Source: an uncultured candidate division Zixibacteria bacterium
GTDB lineage: Bacteria > Zixibacteria > MSB-5A5 > UBA10806 > 4484-95
Length of the DNA: 64,000 nucleotides
Assembly (NCBI GenBank): GCA_963668625.2
Contig: CAXXKA010000006.1
Location: 256,001 to 320,000 of the forward strand
Direction: 5' to 3'
Below the pieces are notes generated by a model. That model had not been told where the DNA came from. It was given only the letters and a program-made list of their open reading frames with translations, and searched no databases. Within the stretch, counting starts at the first letter, position 1, and each line of letters begins with the position of its first letter. Positions 58,494-64,000 of the stretch are shown here, piece after piece. Made by a program: the position numbers and the translations under genes.

Positions 58494-59267
58494 ATGTGTA
58501 TTGAAAAACCTCTAAATGAGATTTTGAGGCAGGATTTCATTGAAACTTATAAACTTGAAGTCAAAGTAATATGGGATCAAATAGTAGTACTGAATTCATA
58601 TTTATATATTCTAAAAACAATATTAAAGTTTCCTTTATCATTATTCAAGCCATTAAAACTTCTATTTTGGAGATTGGTAGTAAGAAGCCTGTATGAATCA
58701 TCAATCTTAATTTGTTTTAAGTTGATTTTTGATACTGATAGTAAATCTTTAACAATTTCTAAGTTAAAAAACAAGATTATTAGTAATCTTGTTGATGATA
58801 GTATTAAATCTGAAGTCATACAAAATTTAAAGCAAATTGATTTTAGCAAAAAGAATGAAGAATTAGGTAGAAGAATTAATAAAATTAGAAATAAATTCGT
58901 TGCTCATATTGATCGAGATTGGAATACTATAGTAGAAAAAGAAAGCTTGAATGATATTGTATTAAATTTTAATGAATTATTCGAACTAAGTGAATCGATT
59001 GATGAATTATTTGAAATTCTTTGTTTTAATGAGCAGAGATTGACTCATTATCCAGAATATGCGCCTTCTAGCAAAGTTAAATACCAAACTAGACAAGAAA
59101 CGGATATTGAAGAAATATTATTACTATTAGTTAAGAACAGTAATCTTCTAAATATGCCCGAAAGCCAACCAGCTTTTTGGCCAATTTATAAAAAAACGAA
59201 TTTGTCTTTAGATGATTTAGAATTACTCAATCAGTATCGAAATAGGTTTGGTTTGCCTGATGCTTAA
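58494..59267 (+). CDS. HEPN-domain protein (AbiU2-like)
   Basis: All-helical; KLIFD...TI and RNKFVAH HEPN motif; strongly AT-rich relative to flanking genes. Confidence 0.65.
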   Translation: MCIEKPLNEILRQDFIETYKLEVKVIWDQIVVLNSYLYILKTILKFPLSLFKPLKLLFWRLVVRSLYESSILICFKLIFDTDSKSLTISKLKNKIISNLVDDSIKSEVIQNLKQIDFSKKNEELGRRINKIRNKFVAHIDRDWNTIVEKESLNDIVLNFNELFELSESIDELFEILCFNEQRLTHYPEYAPSSKVKYQTRQETDIEEILLLLVKNSNLLNMPESQPAFWPIYKKTNLSLDDLELLNQYRNRFGLPDA

Positions 59268-59286
59268 CATCGTAGATCAGGTTCCC

Positions 59287-59418
59287 CTGGTTCCAAAACT
59301 CCGATTTTGAACACCACTGTATTCTAAAAATTTCGTTTTGATTTTTTATAACCTGCAAGACTAAATCGAAACAGAGTTTCTCAAACACGGTCATTCCCAA
59401 ATCGCAGTTTGGGAACGA
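59287..59418. repeat. Composite REP-like palindromic element
   Basis: CTGGTTCCAAAACTCCGATTTTGAAC ... GAAACAGAGTTTC ... TTCCCAAATCGCAGTTTGGGAACGA hairpin series. Confidence 0.6.
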
Positions 59419-59482
59419 GTTGATAATTATTTATATAGAGTTTCATTCATACTGACATATCCTGCCGATGATAGGCTTGGTT

Positions 59483-59604
59483 TCCTGGTTTCCAAGCGCT
59501 GCTTGTAAACCTTCTTGAGTCATGTAGAATGCGCATTCTGCAGGCAAACAAGCCACGTTGCGAAGCAGCGCTTCGCAACGAGATGGAAAGACCGGACAGT
59601 AGTG
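59483..59604. repeat. Dispersed ~122-bp structured repeat, copy B
   Basis: Homologous to 22722..22844; hairpins CAAGC-GCT-GCTTG, GAATGCGCATTC, CGTTGCGAAGC-AGC-GCTTCGCAACG. Confidence 0.8.
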
Positions 59605-59783
59605 TTGTAAAAAAATGATATACATCTTTTTAATATTAATCTGAGCTTCTAATGTAACGATATTAGGACTAATCGGCCTCATTATTAACACTAAAGCGTT
59701 CACATTGAGACCTGTTACATATTTCCCTTGCCCTTGAACTTAATATGTATTAAAATCACCCGAAATTGATTATATGAATATAA

Positions 59784-61079
<1,296 letters not shown>

Positions 61080-61093
61080 GAATTATACCGGCA

Positions 61094-61125
61094 CAGTAGG
61101 GACATGGCATGCCGTGTCCCTACTG
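61094..61125. repeat. GTAG-family REP palindrome (may double as the eno terminator)
   Basis: CAGTAGGGACATGGCATGCCGTGTCCCTACTG; further inverted segments CGTCCTCGT/ACGAGGACG at about 61158-61210. Confidence 0.65.
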
Positions 61126-61297
61126 CTATGGTCAATCGATAAATTCGCGGTTGGGATCGTCCTCGTGCCCCAACCGGCATGTTAGCAAATGAAGCCGGCA
61201 AACGAGGACGTTTGGCGGCAACGAGGTTACTTTTTAAATCAGGTTCCATGCCGCGTCTTTAAGGCCGTGAGCATGATGTACTCGAAAAATTCGTTTC

Positions 61298-61681
61298 GTG
61301 AATCGAAATGAAATTTCTCAGGCAAGGCAAGCAGTGGAATTTCCAAAAATCTCGAAGGCATTCCTAAAGAAAATCAAAACCGAAAAGTACGGCAGGCTTA
61401 AAAAGAGCCTAACCGTCTCGGTGTTCGTGCTTATTGCCGTGATGTTTACTCGTGGCGAGTATGGCCTTCTTAAGATATACCGCCTTCACAATAAAGTCGA
61501 TACCGCCCGCAAGGAGATCGTTCATTTGAAAGTGAAATCGGAGGATCTCAACTGGGAAATCCATAAGCTCAAATACGATTCCACCTATATCACCCTGTTC
61601 GCCGCCGAGCAGTTCGGTTACGCCTGGCCCGATCAATCGATAATTCAGTTTTTACCCACCCCTGAAGATACAACTAAATAA
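61298..61681 (+). CDS. Septum formation initiator FtsB/DivIC family
   Basis: One TM, GEYGL, coiled coil, A...FGY; typical position after eno. Confidence 0.75.
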   Translation: MNRNEISQARQAVEFPKISKAFLKKIKTEKYGRLKKSLTVSVFVLIAVMFTRGEYGLLKIYRLHNKVDTARKEIVHLKVKSEDLNWEIHKLKYDSTYITLFAAEQFGYAWPDQSIIQFLPTPEDTTK

Positions 61682-62448
61682 TGGCACGCTATACCACCAG
61701 CGCCTATATCATCCGGGGAATCTCCACCGGTGAGAGTTCACGGGTTATCACGTTGTTTTCTGAGGATAACGGCAAACTCAAGTGTATGGCTAAAGGCGTG
61801 CGCAAGTCGGCCTCCTCGAAAGGCGGCGCGCTGGAGTTGTTTTCTCATGTTAGATGTAATGTTTACCTGAAAGAGAATGTCGAGCTAGGCCAGATATCCT
61901 CTGTCGATATCCTGGATGATTATTCGAAAATAGCGGCCGATCCCAATCGTTTCGGTTATAGTTCCGCGATGTGTGAAATTATCGACAAGATGACGATCGT
62001 GAACCATCCCATAACCGAGTTGTACGATTTGATGGGCGAATTTCTAAAATATATATCATGCGCCGAGGGATGCGCATCCGCTATGATATTCTGGGCGACA
62101 TTTCTGAAAACGCTCTCGATTACCGGTTATCAACCACGTCTTTTCGAGTGCGTAACCTGTGGCAAACAAAATCAGGGTAAAGCGGCATATTACGATTCCC
62201 AGAAAGGCGGCATTATTTGCAGGGATGATTTAAACGGTGCGGTACAGTATGGCAAAGTGGCCGCTTCAAGCCTTCGGGCCATGCAGATGGCGTTAACCGA
62301 GCCGCTGTCAAGTTTATCCGATTTGGCGGTTACTCCTAAGATGTTGGGGGAGATAGAACAATTCGTAATGTCGTTCACCGATTATCATACGGGCTTGCGT
62401 CGCAACCTAAAATCATTTAAATTCCTTTCTCAGTTGAAACCGGACTAA
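61681..62448 (+). CDS. recO: DNA repair protein RecO
   Basis: [39 protein letters not shown] zinc finger. Confidence 0.92.
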   Translation: MARYTTSAYIIRGISTGESSRVITLFSEDNGKLKCMAKGVRKSASSKGGALELFSHVRCNVYLKENVELGQISSVDILDDYSKIAADPNRFGYSSAMCEIIDKMTIVNHPITELYDLMGEFLKYISCAEGCASAMIFWATFLKTLSITGYQPRLFECVTCGKQNQGKAAYYDSQKGGIICRDDLNGAVQYGKVAASSLRAMQMALTEPLSSLSDLAVTPKMLGEIEQFVMSFTDYHTGLRRNLKSFKFLSQLKPD

Positions 62449-62461
62449 AATCGGAGGAGAA

Positions 62462-63778
62462 GTGGCTAAGAAGAAAAAAAGTGTCGACCCCTTTATGGAT
62501 AAGTTAGTCTCGCTGTGCAAACGGCGGGGATTCGTATTTCAATCCTCAGAGATCTACGGCGGTCTCGGCTCATGCTGGGATTACGGTCCGCTGGGCGTCG
62601 AATTGAAAAATAATATCAAGCGATTTTGGTGGGAGGTCATGACCCATCGTCGGGATGATGTCGAGGGTGTAGATGCCGCTATCCTGATGTCGCCGAAAGT
62701 CTGGGAGGCTTCCGGTCATGTCGAGGGTTTCACCGATCCGATGGTCGACTGCAAAAAATGCAAGCGCCGTTTCCGTGCCGATACGCTAGAGTCCGAGAAT
62801 TGTCCCGAATGCGGCGGCGAGTTTACCGAACCGCGCCAGTTTAATTTGATGTTCAAAACATTCATGGGCCCGGTCGAGGATAGCTCGGCAACAGTATATA
62901 TCAGGCCGGAAACCGCCCAGGGGATCTATGTCAATTTCCAGAACGTGATGGGGCCATCCAGGCAGAAAATTCCGTTCGGTATAGCTCAGATCGGTAAAGC
63001 GTTCCGTAATGAGATAACCCCCGGTAATTTCATCTTCCGTACCCGTGAGTTCGAGCAGATGGAGATGCAGTTTTTCGTTCATCCCTCCGAGGATGCCAAA
63101 TGGTTCGACTACTGGAAAGAACAGCGCTGGAACTATTATCAGGAGCTTGGTATCAGGCAGGATAAATTAAGATGGCATGAGCACGGCAAAGATGAGCTGG
63201 CTCACTACGCCAAAGCCGCCTACGATATCGAGTACGAATTCTCGTTCGGTTGGAAAGAGATCGAGGGAGTGCATAATCGTTACGATTACGATTTGACCGC
63301 CCATATCAAGCATTCCGGCAAAGACCTGCGTTATTTCGATGACCAGGCTAAAGAACGCTATGTCCCATATATTATAGAAACCTCCGCAGGCGCCGACCGT
63401 ACCGCGCTGGTGTGCCTGGCCGATGCTTACCGCGAGGAGGAGGTTAAGGGGGATACACGAGTGTCGCTTAGCCTCTCGCCCAAAATCGCCCCGATAAAGG
63501 CCGCTGTATTCCCGCTGGTTAAAAAAGAGGGCATGCCGGAGATAGCCCAGAAAATCTATCAGGATTTAAAAAAGCATTACAAGGTGTTCTATGATGCCGG
63601 TGGGGCTGTCGGCAGACGCTACCGTCGCATGGATGAGGCCGGTACGCCATACTGTATCACTGTAGATGGCCAAACCAAAGAGGATGAGACGGTTACGGTA
63701 CGTGAGCGCGACAGCATGGAGCAGAGCCGGGTTAAAATTGATGAGTTGGTTGATTTGGTAGGGAAGAGGATAAAATAA
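62462..63778 (+). CDS. glyQS: Glycine--tRNA ligase (homodimeric type)
   Basis: [64 protein letters not shown]. Confidence 0.96.
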   Translation: MAKKKKSVDPFMDKLVSLCKRRGFVFQSSEIYGGLGSCWDYGPLGVELKNNIKRFWWEVMTHRRDDVEGVDAAILMSPKVWEASGHVEGFTDPMVDCKKCKRRFRADTLESENCPECGGEFTEPRQFNLMFKTFMGPVEDSSATVYIRPETAQGIYVNFQNVMGPSRQKIPFGIAQIGKAFRNEITPGNFIFRTREFEQMEMQFFVHPSEDAKWFDYWKEQRWNYYQELGIRQDKLRWHEHGKDELAHYAKAAYDIEYEFSFGWKEIEGVHNRYDYDLTAHIKHSGKDLRYFDDQAKERYVPYIIETSAGADRTALVCLADAYREEEVKGDTRVSLSLSPKIAPIKAAVFPLVKKEGMPEIAQKIYQDLKKHYKVFYDAGGAVGRRYRRMDEAGTPYCITVDGQTKEDETVTVRERDSMEQSRVKIDELVDLVGKRIK

Positions 63779-64000
63779 ATCCTTTTTCTGTTCCGATTAT
63801 AAGTAAATAATAGAATTGTTATACTTTTTATTGATTTATTCATAAACTGTATTATTATATAAATATGAATACGGTTATCCATGTGACAATTACTAAAATA
63901 GGCATGTAATTAGTATTTGTAACATTTTTACTTGCATTTAGTATTAAATATAGTATCATAGGTTAAATGAGTGGCAAAAGCGACCGATATACTTAAGAGA

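Overview
Gene-dense, mostly core-metabolic window from an anaerobic diderm bacterium. The dockerin-like tail on a secreted C1 protease and the overall gene content suggest candidate phylum Zixibacteria or a relative (inference). Left to right: (1) an RND efflux operon whose TolC carries an extra N-terminal substrate-binding-like domain; (2) a secreted C1 cysteine protease; (3) a heterodisulfide-reductase locus: hdrCB, an oppositely oriented GlnE-like double nucleotidyltransferase, then korDABC-hdrA-mvhD-hdrD-like-hdrA/mvhD plus an uncalled 50-aa zinc-ribbon gene. Both HdrA genes have an in-frame UGA followed by a covarying SECIS-like hairpin, so they are probably selenoproteins; (4) alpha-2-macroglobulin/pbpC, GT2, ALDH and two AT-rich glycan genes; (5) an arginine synthetase-like gene with carbamate kinase; (6) a TCA operon (sucCD, second korDABC, ndk, LarA-family gene, mdh, leuCD-like, icd) in which SucD and the LeuC-like subunit carry long histone-H1-like lysine-rich tails; (7) a frameshifted SDR, polyprenyl synthase, a vWA protein, a SET-domain methyltransferase, an AT-rich HEPN gene, eno, ftsB-like, recO and glyQS. 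Intergenic DNA holds several REP-like palindromes, a 148-bp MITE with a 4-bp target duplication, and a ~123-bp structured repeat present twice. No rRNA, tRNA or CRISPR array was seen. All annotation is by motif recognition only; no database searches were run.
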